From Alphaproteobacteria bacterium (GTDB taxonomy: Bacteria > Pseudomonadota > Alphaproteobacteria > Bin95): a stretch of DNA of 64,000 nt. Of this stretch, positions 9,676 through 20,606 are shown piece by piece. The notes below the pieces were generated by a model, which was not told the origin of the DNA, made no database searches, and worked only from the letters and a program-made list of their open reading frames with translations. Location of the stretch: the NCBI GenBank assembly GCA_965205265.1, contig CBDBGH010000003.1:992001-1056000 (forward strand), in the 5' to 3' direction. Both the position numbers and the translations under genes were made by a program. Each line of letters opens with the position of its first letter. Position 1 is the first letter of the stretch.

Positions 9676-10763
9676 TCAGGATGCGCCGGCCATGGCCGCG
9701 TGGGGCGGCACGCAGTCTTCCCCGACCAGGTGGCAGGAAACCAGATGCCCCTCGCGCACTTCGCGCAGGGCCGGCTTTTCGCTGTGGCACCGGTCCACGG
9801 CGAAGGGGCAGCGCGGCGCGAACCGGCAGCCGGGCGGCGGGTCGATGGGATTGGGCGGGTCTCCCTCGAGGCGGACCCTGCCGTCCTGCCCGCTCGTGCG
9901 GCGCCTCGCGGAGGGCACGGCCGAGATCAGCGCCCAGGTGTAGGGATGCAGCGGCAGGGTGAAGAGCGAAACGCGGTCCGACTGCTCGACGATCTCGCCG
10001 AGATACATGACTGCAATGTCGTCGCAGATATATTGCACCACGCCGAGATCGTGGGAGATGAACAGGTAAGTGAGGCCGAACCCCTCCTGCAACTCGCGGA
10101 GCAGGTTCAGGATTTGCGCCTGGATCGCGACATCGAGGGCGGAGACGGGTTCGTCGCAGACGATCAGCTCGGGCTGTGTCGCCAGCGCCCGTGCGACGCC
10201 GATCCGTTGGCGCTGGCCGCCGGAGAACTGGTGCGGGAAGAGCGCCGCCTGTTCGGGCCGGAGGCCGACGCGGTCGAAAAGCTCGGCAACGCGGAGGTCA
10301 CGCTCGGCGGGGTCCCCGACTTCCATGAGGTCCATCGGCTCGCGCACGATGGCGCCGGCGCGCATGCGCGGATTGAGCGACGAATAGGGGTCCTGGAACA
10401 CGATCTGGATCTTGCGGCGCATCTCGCGCAGCGCGTCGCCTCCCAAGGTCGTCATCTCGACGCCGTCGAGCCGGATCGACCCGCCGGTAACGGGCACGAG
10501 CCGCATGGCGGCAAGCGCGGCGGTCGTCTTGCCCGAGCCGCTTTCGCCGACGATCCCGAAGGTGGAGCCCCGGCGCACCCTGTAGCTGATGCCGTCCACG
10601 GCATGAACCGTGCCGCCGGGTGTGAGGACATTGCGGCGGGGCAGGCGGAAATGGACCTTGAGGTCGCGGACGTCCAGCAGGTAATCCGCACCGCCGCGCT
10701 GGACGCGGCGAACGTTACGGATGGCGGCGTTGGCGCCGCCGCTGCCCGGTGTCTCCCCGCCCG

Positions 10764-10767
<4 letters not shown>
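9676..10767 (-). CDS. Oligopeptide/dipeptide ABC transporter ATP-binding protein (DppF/OppF-like)
   Basis: C-terminal part of the 1010-aa ORF: GESGSGKT, FSGGQRQR, CDEPVSALD, GCRFAPRC. Start at ATG 10767 overlaps the upstream stop. Confidence 0.92.
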
Positions 10768-11765
<998 letters not shown>

Positions 11766-11768
11766 GGC

Positions 11769-12662
11769 TCAGCGCTCCCTGAGGCGGGGGTTGAAGGCGT
11801 CGTTCAGCCCGTCCCCGATCAGGCTCACCGCCAGCACGGTCAGGAAGATCGCCACACCCGGAATGGTGACGGTCCAAGGGGCGTCCAGCAGGTAGTCGCG
11901 GTTGTCGCCAATGATCTTGCCCCAGCTCATCACATTCGGGTCGCTCAGGCCCAGGAAGCTCAGCGCCGCCTCGAACAGGATCGCGATGCCGCAGGTGAGC
12001 GCAGCGTTGACGATCAGCGGCGGCAGCGCATTGGGCAGGATCACGCGCCAGATGATGCGCCGGTCGCGCGACCCGATGGAGCGCGCCGCCTTCACGAACT
12101 CCAACTCCCGAATGCGCATGAATTCGGCCCGCGCGAGGCGCGCCACGCCGGTCCAGGTCACGACGCCGATGGCGATGGCGACCGTCGGGAGCGTCGGCTC
12201 GAAGAGCGCCACCAGCACCATGGCCAGCAGCAGCGGCGGCAGCACCTGGAAAAACTCGGTGATCCGCATCAGCACCTCGTCCACCCAGCCCCGGTAGTAG
12301 CCGGCGAGCGAGCCGATGGTGAGGCCGATGACGATGGTGAGCCCCGCCGCCGAGCCGCCCACCACAAGGGTTGCGCGCGCGCCGTAAACGACGGCCGTGA
12401 GCATGTCGCGGCCGAGATTGTCGGTGCCGAGGACGTAGCCGTCCTGCCCCGGCGGGGTGAAGGGCATCCACACCATCTCGAACGGGTCCACGGCCAGGAT
12501 CACGGGCGCAAAGAGCGCCGCGAACACGATGGCCGCAAACACGATGAATCCGGCGACGGCCGCCCAGTTGCGCACATACATGCGCAGGAACTCGACGACC
12601 GGACGCTCGATGCGGACGGTTTCGGGGCCGTTTTCCGGCGCCGTTGTCGGACGGTCCGTCAT
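11769..12662 (-). CDS. Peptide/nickel ABC transporter permease (DppC-like)
   Basis: LGTDNLGRD, EFVKAARSIG, EAALSFLGL. Confidence 0.94.
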   Translation of the reverse strand: MTDRPTTAPENGPETVRIERPVVEFLRMYVRNWAAVAGFIVFAAIVFAALFAPVILAVDPFEMVWMPFTPPGQDGYVLGTDNLGRDMLTAVVYGARATLVVGGSAAGLTIVIGLTIGSLAGYYRGWVDEVLMRITEFFQVLPPLLLAMVLVALFEPTLPTVAIAIGVVTWTGVARLARAEFMRIRELEFVKAARSIGSRDRRIIWRVILPNALPPLIVNAALTCGIAILFEAALSFLGLSDPNVMSWGKIIGDNRDYLLDAPWTVTIPGVAIFLTVLAVSLIGDGLNDAFNPRLRER

Positions 12663-13642
12663 GCGTTGCGCGCCGAGCGGATTCTGGGATCCACAAGCCG
12701 GTAGGCAAGGTCGGTCAGCAGATTGACGACGATGACGATCATGGCCGAGAAAAACAGGATGCCCATGATGGTGGGCGTATCGCCGCGCAGGATCGATTCG
12801 AAGGCGAGCGTGCCCAGCCCCGGCCAGGTGAACACCGTCTCCACCACCACTGCGCCCGAGAAGATGTGCGAGAACTGGAGCCCGGCGATGGTGATGACCG
12901 GGATGACGGCGTTGCGCAGCGCATGCTTGTAGGTGACGGAGGTCTCGCCGAGACCCTTGGCGCGCGCGGTGCGGATGTAGTCGGAGCCCAGCACGTCCAT
13001 CATGCTCGCCCGCGCGAGGCGGCTGTATGACGCCAGATAGATCGACGACAGCGACAGCACCGGCAGGAACAGGTGGTGCAGCACGTCAAGATACCATGAG
13101 AACGTGCCTCTCGGCGTGGTCGGGTCCACAAGGCCCGAGAGCGGCATGATCTCCAGCATGGCGACGAACAGCACGATCAAAAGGAAGGCCGTCCAGAACA
13201 CCGGCGCCGCGAAGCCGACAAGGGCCAGCACGGTGACGAAGTGGCTGAACAGCCCGTTCGGCCTGCGCGAGGCGATGACGCCGAACAGCGTGCCGATCAG
13301 GATGGCGAGTACCAGCGCCGTGACGACCAGCAGCAGGGTCGGCGCGACGCGCCCGAGGATGAGCTCGGTGACCGGCATGTTGAAATAGTAGGACGTGCCG
13401 AGGTCGCCTTGGACCACCTTGCCGACATAGGTCACCAGCTGGATGTGGAACGGCCGGTCGAGCCCGTAGGTGCGGCGGATATCGTCCATCACCTCCTGGC
13501 TGGCGCCGCCGCTTTCCCCGGCGAGCGTGTCGGCGATGTCGCCCGGCACCAGCGAGAGGAGGATGAAATTGAAAACGACGACGGCTAGCAGCAGCACAGC
13601 AGCGTAGAAGAGTCGCTGGGCTATGACGGTCAGGAATGCGAT
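12659..13642 (-). CDS. Peptide/nickel ABC transporter permease (DppB-like); start uncertain
   Basis: PGD, YGLDRP, DYIRTARAKGL, HALRNA, VETVFTWPGLG. Family-like N-terminus extends upstream of the first canonical start (GTG 13597). Confidence 0.9.
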   Translation of the reverse strand: MAFLTVIAQRLFYAAVLLLAVVVFNFILLSLVPGDIADTLAGESGGASQEVMDDIRRTYGLDRPFHIQLVTYVGKVVQGDLGTSYYFNMPVTELILGRVAPTLLLVVTALVLAILIGTLFGVIASRRPNGLFSHFVTVLALVGFAAPVFWTAFLLIVLFVAMLEIMPLSGLVDPTTPRGTFSWYLDVLHHLFLPVLSLSSIYLASYSRLARASMMDVLGSDYIRTARAKGLGETSVTYKHALRNAVIPVITIAGLQFSHIFSGAVVVETVFTWPGLGTLAFESILRGDTPTIMGILFFSAMIVIVVNLLTDLAYRLVDPRIRSARNA

Positions 13643-13717
13643 GACGCGTCCGTCCTCGTCCTGAGGTCCCCGGCGCCGGGGCGGCTTCGGTCTATGCCGC
13701 CCCGGCGCCCGGCCGGG

Positions 13718-15295
13718 CTACCTGATATAGACCTCGTCCCACGGCGAGCAGACGCCCCAGATGGAATCCACCGGCGCGTTGCCGATGCGCTCGTGGTTGA
13801 AGACCGTGTGGTAGGGCGAGGTGTGCAGATAGGCGATGGGCGCCTCATCGACGACCAGCTTCTGCATCTCCCCGTAGAGCGCCGCGCGCTTGTCGCGGTC
13901 CAGCTCCTTGCCCGCCTTCTCCATGACCGCATCGACCTCGGCGTTCTGGAACTGCTGGGTGTTGTGCCACGGCACGCCCGGGCGGATGTTCGTGGACTGG
14001 TAGGTGCGGTGCACGCCGATCACCGGGTCGCCCCAGTTGAAGACCGAGTCCATCGTCATGTCGAACTCATGGTTGGAGACGGTCTTGATCCAGGCCCGGA
14101 AGTCGGCCGAGGCCTTGATGGTCACGTCGATGCCGACCTTCTTGAGCTGCGCCTTGACGAACTCGGTCTTGCGCTTCCAGGTGCCGCCGGCGGGAATGTA
14201 GTCGAGCGTGGTGCGGATGCGGATACCGTCCGCGTCCGGCTTGTAGCCGGCCTCGTCCAGCAGCGCCTTCGCCTTTTCGACATCGTAGTCGTAGGGGTTC
14301 ACATCCTTCGGCGCGAACACGCTGCCCGGATGGATGGGCCCGAGCGAACGCTGCGCATAGCCGCCATAGAGCACCTTGAGGATGAACTCCTTGTCGATGG
14401 CGTAGGCGATCGCCTGGCGCACGCGCTTGTCGTCGAACGGCTTGCGCTTGGTGTTGAAGGCCAGCCACTCCAGCGGGCCGATGGCGGAATAGCCGTCCGG
14501 CGTCAGCGTCAGGTGCTCGTTCTTCTTCAGGCGGTCGAGAACCGGCGCATCGGACTCGAAGGCGGTCAGGTCCACATCGCCCTTCTCCAGCGCGATCACG
14601 CGGCTCGTGTTCTCAGCGATCTTCTTGTAGACGATCCGGTCGATATAGGGCTTGCCCTCGAGGAAGTAGTCCTCGTTGCGCTCCATGATGATGTATTCGC
14701 CGGGCTTGAACTCCTTCAGCTTGAAGGGGCCGGAGCCGACGACATCCTGGCTGTTCTGCGGATGCTGGCGGATATTGTCGGTATTGCCGTACACATGCTT
14801 CGGAATGACCACGCCGAGCTGCGAGGAGAACGCCAGCAGGATCGCCGGGTGCGGGTTGCTCAGATTGAACACCGCGGTCAGCGGGTCCGGCGTGTCGATG
14901 GACTTCACCGGCGCATACATGGGCTTGAACGGGTGGTGCTGCTGGTAGGTCTCGATGGAGAACTTCACGTCTTCCGAGGTGATCGGCTTGCCGTCATGGA
15001 AGCGCGCATTGGAGCGCAGCTTGACGGTCACCGTCAGGCCGTCGTCGGAAATGTCCCAGCTTTCCGCCAGATAGGGCTTCGGGTTCCACTCGTCGTCGAA
15101 CCGGAGCAGCGCCGCGAACAGCTGCGTGCCCGGTATGCCGGTGGGCGTGCCGGAGGCGATCGCCGGGTTGAAGTGCCCCGCGATGATCCGGTACGAGAAT
15201 GTGAGCGTGCCGCCCCGTTTGGGCTCCTCCGCCGAGGCCGCCGCCGCGGCCAGCGCCACGGCTGCGGAACTCAGCGCAACCAAGAATTTCTTCAT
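13718..15295 (-). CDS. ABC transporter substrate-binding protein, family 5
   Basis: Signal peptide MKKFLVAL...ASA, PYLAESW, FHDGKPITSEDVKFS, GSGPFKL, VRQAIAYAID; GGGAGG RBS. Confidence 0.94.
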   Translation of the reverse strand: MKKFLVALSSAAVALAAAAASAEEPKRGGTLTFSYRIIAGHFNPAIASGTPTGIPGTQLFAALLRFDDEWNPKPYLAESWDISDDGLTVTVKLRSNARFHDGKPITSEDVKFSIETYQQHHPFKPMYAPVKSIDTPDPLTAVFNLSNPHPAILLAFSSQLGVVIPKHVYGNTDNIRQHPQNSQDVVGSGPFKLKEFKPGEYIIMERNEDYFLEGKPYIDRIVYKKIAENTSRVIALEKGDVDLTAFESDAPVLDRLKKNEHLTLTPDGYSAIGPLEWLAFNTKRKPFDDKRVRQAIAYAIDKEFILKVLYGGYAQRSLGPIHPGSVFAPKDVNPYDYDVEKAKALLDEAGYKPDADGIRIRTTLDYIPAGGTWKRKTEFVKAQLKKVGIDVTIKASADFRAWIKTVSNHEFDMTMDSVFNWGDPVIGVHRTYQSTNIRPGVPWHNTQQFQNAEVDAVMEKAGKELDRDKRAALYGEMQKLVVDEAPIAYLHTSPYHTVFNHERIGNAPVDSIWGVCSPWDEVYIR

Positions 15296-15447
15296 GCCTG
15301 TTACCTCCCGATGGGTTCCCGGTCCCGTCCTGAACTCCGAAGTCGCCGTGAGGCGCAAACTGCCCCGGAGCCGCCGGCATCCTCGAAGGTCGCGGATTTG
15401 TTGTCAACGGCGCGGCCCGCCGGCATCGGTCGTCCTGCCGGAGCGGC

Positions 15448-17001
15448 TCACGGGCGGATGGCGAAGCGGGACGGGCCGCGCTGCGCTTCGAGCTGCTGCT
15501 GGCTCCATTCGATCCACTCGCACAGCATGGGCCGCGTCTCGCAGGGGTCGATGAGCTCGTGCATGGAGAAGCTCTCGGCGCGCCGCGCCGGGGACAGGGT
15601 CGCCGCCATGCGCGCCTCGATCTCGGCGCGTTTCGCTTCCGGGTCTTCCGCAGCCGCAATCTCCCGCCCGAAGGCGACCGCCACGCCCCCTTCGAGCGGC
15701 AAGGCGCCCATCTCGGCCGAAGGCCAGCCGAGAACATAGGCGCCGGGGCCGTAATGCGCGCCCTGGGCGACGCCGTAGGACTTGCGCACGATGACCGACG
15801 CCCAGGGCGACCGGCAGGTGGCCGCCGCCAGCACCGCGGCCGTGCCGGCCCGGATGGCGCCCTCCTGCTCTGCCTGGCTGCCGATCATGAAGCCCGGCTC
15901 GTCCACGAAGCTGACGATCGGCAGGTTGAAGGTTTCGCAGAACTCGATGAAGCGCCGCGCCTTGCGGGCGCCGTCCGCCGTCATGGCGCCCGCATAGAAG
16001 CGCGAATCGTTGGAAAAGACGCCGACCGGGTAGCCGTTTAGACGGGCGAGCATGGTGATCTGCCCCGGCCCGTACTGGCGGGACATCTCGAAACCCGAAT
16101 CCCGGTCCACGATCATGGATATGGCGCGGCGCATGTTGAAGAACTTGCGCCGGTTCTCGGGCACGATGCCGCGCAGCTGGTCGTCGGCGCGGGCCGGGTC
16201 GTCGTCCGTGTCGGCGCGGGCGGGCACCTGCCAGGCATTCTGCGGCAGGTAGGACAGGAAGCGGCGGACCTGCGCGAGCGCATCCGCCTCGTCCTCGGCG
16301 ATATTGTCGATGGCGCCGCTCCTGGCATGGACCTGGACGCCGCCCAACTCCTCCTTGGTCACGTCTTCGCCGAGCGCGCGCTTGACGACCGCGGGACCCG
16401 CGATCAGCACCTGGGCGGTTTCCCTGGTCATCACCGCGAAATGCGCCGCAACCAGCCGGGAGGCCGGCAGGCCGGCGACCGGGCCGAGCGCCGCCGTCGC
16501 GACCGGCACCGCGCCCATGCATTCGGCCACCGAGGCGAAGCGGCGCGGCGCATGCACGGGCTCGCCGACCGGGCCGCCGCCGCCGGCACCGGTGACGCTG
16601 CCGCCGCCGCCCTCATGCAGGCGGATGAGCGGCACGCGGTATTGCAGCGCAAGGTCCTCGATATAGACGCTCTTGCGCAGGCCCGCCGCGTTCGGCGAGC
16701 CGCCGCGCACGGTGAAATCCTCGCCGCCGACGGCTACGAGCCGGCCGTCGATACGGCCCATTCCGACCACGAAATTGGCGGGCGTGAAGCTCTTGAGCGT
16801 CCCGTCCGCATGGCGCTCGACGCCGCCTGCGCCGCGCCCGTGCTCGCGGAAGCTGTCCGGATCGACAAGGCCGTCTATGCGCTCGCGGACGGTCAGGCGG
16901 CCCTGCGCGTGCTGGCGCGCCACCGCTTCCGCGCCGCCCTGTTCCAGCGCCGCCTTGCGCTTGGCGTGAATATCCTCGATTTCGCGGGACCAGCCCATCA
17001 A
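15448..17001 (-). CDS. Acyl-CoA carboxylase carboxyltransferase (beta) subunit
   Basis: QHAQGRLTVRERI, EDFTVRGGS, KEELGG, FVDEPGFMIG. Confidence 0.9.
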   Translation of the reverse strand: MMGWSREIEDIHAKRKAALEQGGAEAVARQHAQGRLTVRERIDGLVDPDSFREHGRGAGGVERHADGTLKSFTPANFVVGMGRIDGRLVAVGGEDFTVRGGSPNAAGLRKSVYIEDLALQYRVPLIRLHEGGGGSVTGAGGGGPVGEPVHAPRRFASVAECMGAVPVATAALGPVAGLPASRLVAAHFAVMTRETAQVLIAGPAVVKRALGEDVTKEELGGVQVHARSGAIDNIAEDEADALAQVRRFLSYLPQNAWQVPARADTDDDPARADDQLRGIVPENRRKFFNMRRAISMIVDRDSGFEMSRQYGPGQITMLARLNGYPVGVFSNDSRFYAGAMTADGARKARRFIEFCETFNLPIVSFVDEPGFMIGSQAEQEGAIRAGTAAVLAAATCRSPWASVIVRKSYGVAQGAHYGPGAYVLGWPSAEMGALPLEGGVAVAFGREIAAAEDPEAKRAEIEARMAATLSPARRAESFSMHELIDPCETRPMLCEWIEWSQQQLEAQRGPSRFAIRP

Positions 17002-17078
17002 TCCATCCTTGCAGTTGCGGATGTCGTTATACCAACGGTCTCCATGCGGGACCCACGACTTCTTCTCGCCCTGCCCTC

Positions 17079-17295
17079 ATATCGTCATACCCGCCCATAT
17101 CGTCATACCCGGACTTGTTCCGGGTATCTCTCTCCTGCTTCCGCCGAGCGGCCGCATGGATACCCGGAACAAGTCCAGGTATGACGGAGGGGGCGTTCGG
17201 GCATGATGGAGAGGGGCGTTCCGGCATGATGAGAGCCTGCCCTGAGCCCGTCGAAGGGGCGTCCGGGAATGGCGCAGGGGGGCCGTTCGGACATG
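17079..17295. repeat. REP-like palindrome cluster
   Basis: Full REP at 17102-17185, duplicated ATATCGTCATACCCG head, and GCCTGCCCTGAGCCCGTCGAAGGG near 17235; same composition as the 7850-7980 cluster. Confidence 0.85.
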
Positions 17296-17331
17296 GTGGA
17301 GCGGCAGAGGCCGGGGTGACGAGAAGAAGCG

Positions 17332-17841
17332 TCAATCGGCGCGTTCCACGGCTGAACTTAGCATTGCGACGGCGCATTCGACGGCCGCGCGGCGTATCTG
17401 CGCGCGGTCGCCGTCGAGACGGCGTTTGGACGCGACCGTTCCGCCGCCGGTGGCTGCTACGGCCAGCCAGACCGTGCCGACCGGCTTTTCGGCCGAACCG
17501 CCGCCGGGGCCGGCCACGCCCGTGACGGCGACGGCGAGATGGGCGTCCAGCCCGGCGCGGGTGAGCGCGCCCCTGGCCATTTCCCGCGCCGTCTCGCCGC
17601 TGACCGCACCGTGCGCCGCGAGCGTTTCGGCGCGCACGCCGAGCATTTCCTGCTTGGCTTCGTTGGAATAGGTGACGAAGCCGCGTCCGACGACATCGGA
17701 GGAGCCCGGTATCTCCGTCATCAGGGAGGCGATGAGGCCGCCGGTGCACGACTCGGCCGTGGTCAGCCGGAGGCCCCTGGCGCGGCATGTGTCGAGCAGC
17801 GCTTCCGCTGCTTGCAGCAGGTCATCCGAAAAGAACGCCAT
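17332..17841 (-). CDS. cinA: CinA C-terminal / PncC-like nicotinamide-nucleotide amidase
   Basis: TAESCTGG, GFVTYSNEAK, GAVS, TGVAGPGGGS, KPVG. Confidence 0.9.
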   Translation of the reverse strand: MAFFSDDLLQAAEALLDTCRARGLRLTTAESCTGGLIASLMTEIPGSSDVVGRGFVTYSNEAKQEMLGVRAETLAAHGAVSGETAREMARGALTRAGLDAHLAVAVTGVAGPGGGSAEKPVGTVWLAVAATGGGTVASKRRLDGDRAQIRRAAVECAVAMLSSAVERAD

Positions 17842-18286
17842 GTCCCAGCCCCCAGTCGGCAAGATGGAGAAGCGCGGCTGCGCAGGCGGCCGCCGCCACG
17901 TCGTCGGCCATTACGCCGAGCCCTCCGGGAACCCGGCGCTCGATCCATCCTACAGGCGGCGGCTTGGCGATGTCGAAGAGCCGGAATGCGGCGAAGCCGA
18001 GAGCGTAGGCGAGCAGCTCGAGCGGGAGCGTCGCCAGCACCAGCCATTGCCCCACGACCTCGTCGATGACGACCGCGCCGGCGTCGCGCTCGCCCGTTTC
18101 CCGCTCGTGGCGCGCGGCCGCATGGCAGCCGGCGAGGCCCAGCAGCACCGCCGCCGCCGCGAGCGCCCAGGGGCCGGCGGCCCAGACGATCCCCCAGGCC
18201 GGCGGCAGGGCGGCGAGCGAGGCCCAGGTTCCCGGCGCCCGGGGAAGACGGCCCAATCCGAAAACGGTAGCGACAGGATGCCTCAC
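17822..18286 (-). CDS. pgpA: Phosphatidylglycerophosphatase A
   Basis: APGTWAS, VVIDEVVGQW, FRLFDIAKP, GGLGVMADD; GTG 18286 overlaps the ispDF stop. Confidence 0.93.
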   Translation of the reverse strand: MRHPVATVFGLGRLPRAPGTWASLAALPPAWGIVWAAGPWALAAAAVLLGLAGCHAAARHERETGERDAGAVVIDEVVGQWLVLATLPLELLAYALGFAAFRLFDIAKPPPVGWIERRVPGGLGVMADDVAAAACAAALLHLADWGLGHGVLFG

Positions 18287-19407
18287 GGCAGCGACAGGGT
18301 CGCCGTGGCCTGGGCGGCAATGCCCTCGCCGCGCCCGGTGAAGCCCAGCTTCTCCGAAGTCGTGGCCTTGACGGAGACCCGGTCCACGGGAATGGCCAGG
18401 ATGCGCGCGAGTTCGGCGCGCATGGCGTCGCGGTGGGGGCCGATCCTCGGCGCCTCGCAGACCAGCGTGACGTCGCAATGCAGGATGCGACCGCCCCGGG
18501 CGGACGCCATGTCGCGCGCATGGGCGAGGAATATCTCCGAGGCCGCGCCGCGCCATTCGGGGTCGCCCGGCGGGAAATGCCGGCCGATATCGTCCTCTGC
18601 CAGTGCGCCGAGGATCGCGTCGGTGAGCGCGTGCATGCCGACATCGGCGTCGGAATGGCCGGCAAGCGTCCTGTCATGCGCAATGCGGACGCCGCAAAGG
18701 GTGACGCCGTCGCCGGACACCAGCCGGTGAACGTCGAAGCCATTGCCGGTGCGGATGTCCGGAGCCGAAAGCCGGGCCGCGTCGCCGGGTTCCGTGACCT
18801 TTTCGAGCCGGGCGTCGCCCGGCACCACGGCGACGGTGAGCCCGGCGGCCTCGGCGAGCGCCGTGTCGTCCGAAAACGCGCCGGAAGCGGCCTGCCGGTG
18901 GGCTTCGAGCAGGGCGGAGAACCGGAAGCCCTGGGGCGTCTGGATGCGCCAGAGGCCGTCTCGGGAGACGGTGCCGACGGACCGGCCGTCCTCCACCCGC
19001 TTGAGCGTGTCGGCGACGGGCAGGCCCGGCGCCGCCCCGTCATGCGTCTCCAGCGCCTCCATTATGCGCCGCACGACCGCCGGAGGCAGGTCCGGGCGCG
19101 CGGCATCGTGGACCAGCACATGCCCGGGCGGGTCGGCGGCCAGCGCCTCCAAGCCGTTGCGGACGCTCGCCTGGCGGTCCGGCCCGCCGAAGACCGGCGG
19201 CAGGAGGTCGAGGCCGGCGGTCGCCGCGCGGTAGCGCTCGGCGTCGTCGGGATGGATGACGCAGGCGACCGGCATGAAGGGGCGGAGCGCCATCGCCGCA
19301 GCGGCCAGAACCGTCCCGTCGCCCAAGGCCAGATACTGCTTGGGCTCCGGGCCGCCGAAGCGCGTTCCGCGGCCTGCCGCGACGATCAGGGCGATACGGT
19401 CCCGCAT
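18283..19407 (-). CDS. ispDF: Bifunctional IspD/IspF
   Basis: AAGRGTRF...PKQY, VHDAARP, QTPQGF, GNGFDVH, GHSDADV, KATTSEKLGFTGRGEGIA. Confidence 0.96.
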   Translation of the reverse strand: MRDRIALIVAAGRGTRFGGPEPKQYLALGDGTVLAAAAMALRPFMPVACVIHPDDAERYRAATAGLDLLPPVFGGPDRQASVRNGLEALAADPPGHVLVHDAARPDLPPAVVRRIMEALETHDGAAPGLPVADTLKRVEDGRSVGTVSRDGLWRIQTPQGFRFSALLEAHRQAASGAFSDDTALAEAAGLTVAVVPGDARLEKVTEPGDAARLSAPDIRTGNGFDVHRLVSGDGVTLCGVRIAHDRTLAGHSDADVGMHALTDAILGALAEDDIGRHFPPGDPEWRGAASEIFLAHARDMASARGGRILHCDVTLVCEAPRIGPHRDAMRAELARILAIPVDRVSVKATTSEKLGFTGRGEGIAAQATATLSLP

Positions 19408-19473
19408 GGCGGCCAAGCATATTTCAGAACCGCGGCGACGGCGCAACGGGTCTCGATCGCCGCAATCCAGAGT

Positions 19474-19517
19474 TGATTATGAATTGGGCAATCGCTATTT
19501 CGGTCATAAAACGGGCA
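19474..19517. promoter_or_regulatory. Two degenerate NtrC-type sites upstream of ntrB
   Basis: 17-mers TGATTATGAATTGGGCA (19474-19490) and CGGTCATAAAACGGGCA (19501-19517), with AT-rich centres and GGGCA ends. Confidence 0.45.
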
Positions 19518-19529
19518 ATTCGAGTTGCC

Positions 19530-20606
19530 ATGACAGATGCAGCGGCAATAATTTCCGCCCTGAGCGCAGCGGTGCTCACGGTGGACCGGACCGGGACCGT
19601 CACCTCCTTCAACCCGGCCGCCGAGGTCCTGCTGAACACAGGGGCGCCGCAGGCGCTGGGGCAGCCTCTCGGCCGGATCCTGCCGGAGGACCACCCGCTG
19701 TTCGGCATGATCGAAACCGTGCGCGAGCAGGGCGTCAACCTCACGGAATACGAGGTTTCCATCGAGACGCCGCGCGTGAAGCTGCCCGTGGCGGTCGCGC
19801 AACTGTCTCCCGTTGCCGAGGAGGCCGGCGCCGTGGCGGTCATGCTCGTGCCGATGACGCTTGCCCGCGAGATCGACAGGCACCTCGTGCATCGGGGCGC
19901 GGCGCGGTCGGTCGGCGGCATGGCGGCCATGCTCGCCCACGAGATCAAGAACCCGCTTGCCGGAATCCGGGGCGCCGCCCAGCTTATCGAGGCGAATGTC
20001 GATACGGGCGACAGGGAGCTGGCGGCGCTCATCCGCGAGGAGGCGGACCGGGTGGCGGCGCTGGTCAACCGCATGGAGGCGTTCGCCGGGCCCGACGGGC
20101 TCGAACGCAAGCCGGTCAATATCCATGAAGTCCTGAAACGGGTGCGGAAGGTTTCCGAGACGGGATTCGCATCGAAGGTGGCCTTCGTGGAGGAATACGA
20201 CCCCTCGCTGCCGCCGGTCCCGGGCGACCATGACCGGCTGGTGCAGGTTTTTCTCAACCTCGTGAAGAACGCCGCCGAAGCCTGCCCCGAAGACGGCGGG
20301 GAAATCCTGTTGCGCACCGTCTATCGCCACGGCGAAAGGCTCGCGGTTTCCGGGAGCGGCAGGCGCATACACCTGCCGCTCGAGGTTGCCGTGCAGGACA
20401 ATGGCCGCGGCATTCCGGAGGAGTTGCACAGGACGCTGTTCGACCCCTTTGTGAGCGGCAAGCAGGGCGGGCAGGGGCTCGGCCTCTCGCTCGTCGCCAA
20501 GATCGTGGACGACCATGCGGGAGCGGTGGCTTTCGAAAGCGAGCCCCGGCGCACTGTCTTTCGCGTCCTGCTGCCTGTAGATACCGAGGAAGGAGGTGTG
20601 CGGTGA
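19530..20606 (+). CDS. ntrB: Nitrogen regulation sensor kinase
   Basis: PAS domain, [42 protein letters not shown]. Confidence 0.95.
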   Translation: MTDAAAIISALSAAVLTVDRTGTVTSFNPAAEVLLNTGAPQALGQPLGRILPEDHPLFGMIETVREQGVNLTEYEVSIETPRVKLPVAVAQLSPVAEEAGAVAVMLVPMTLAREIDRHLVHRGAARSVGGMAAMLAHEIKNPLAGIRGAAQLIEANVDTGDRELAALIREEADRVAALVNRMEAFAGPDGLERKPVNIHEVLKRVRKVSETGFASKVAFVEEYDPSLPPVPGDHDRLVQVFLNLVKNAAEACPEDGGEILLRTVYRHGERLAVSGSGRRIHLPLEVAVQDNGRGIPEELHRTLFDPFVSGKQGGQGLGLSLVAKIVDDHAGAVAFESEPRRTVFRVLLPVDTEEGGVR

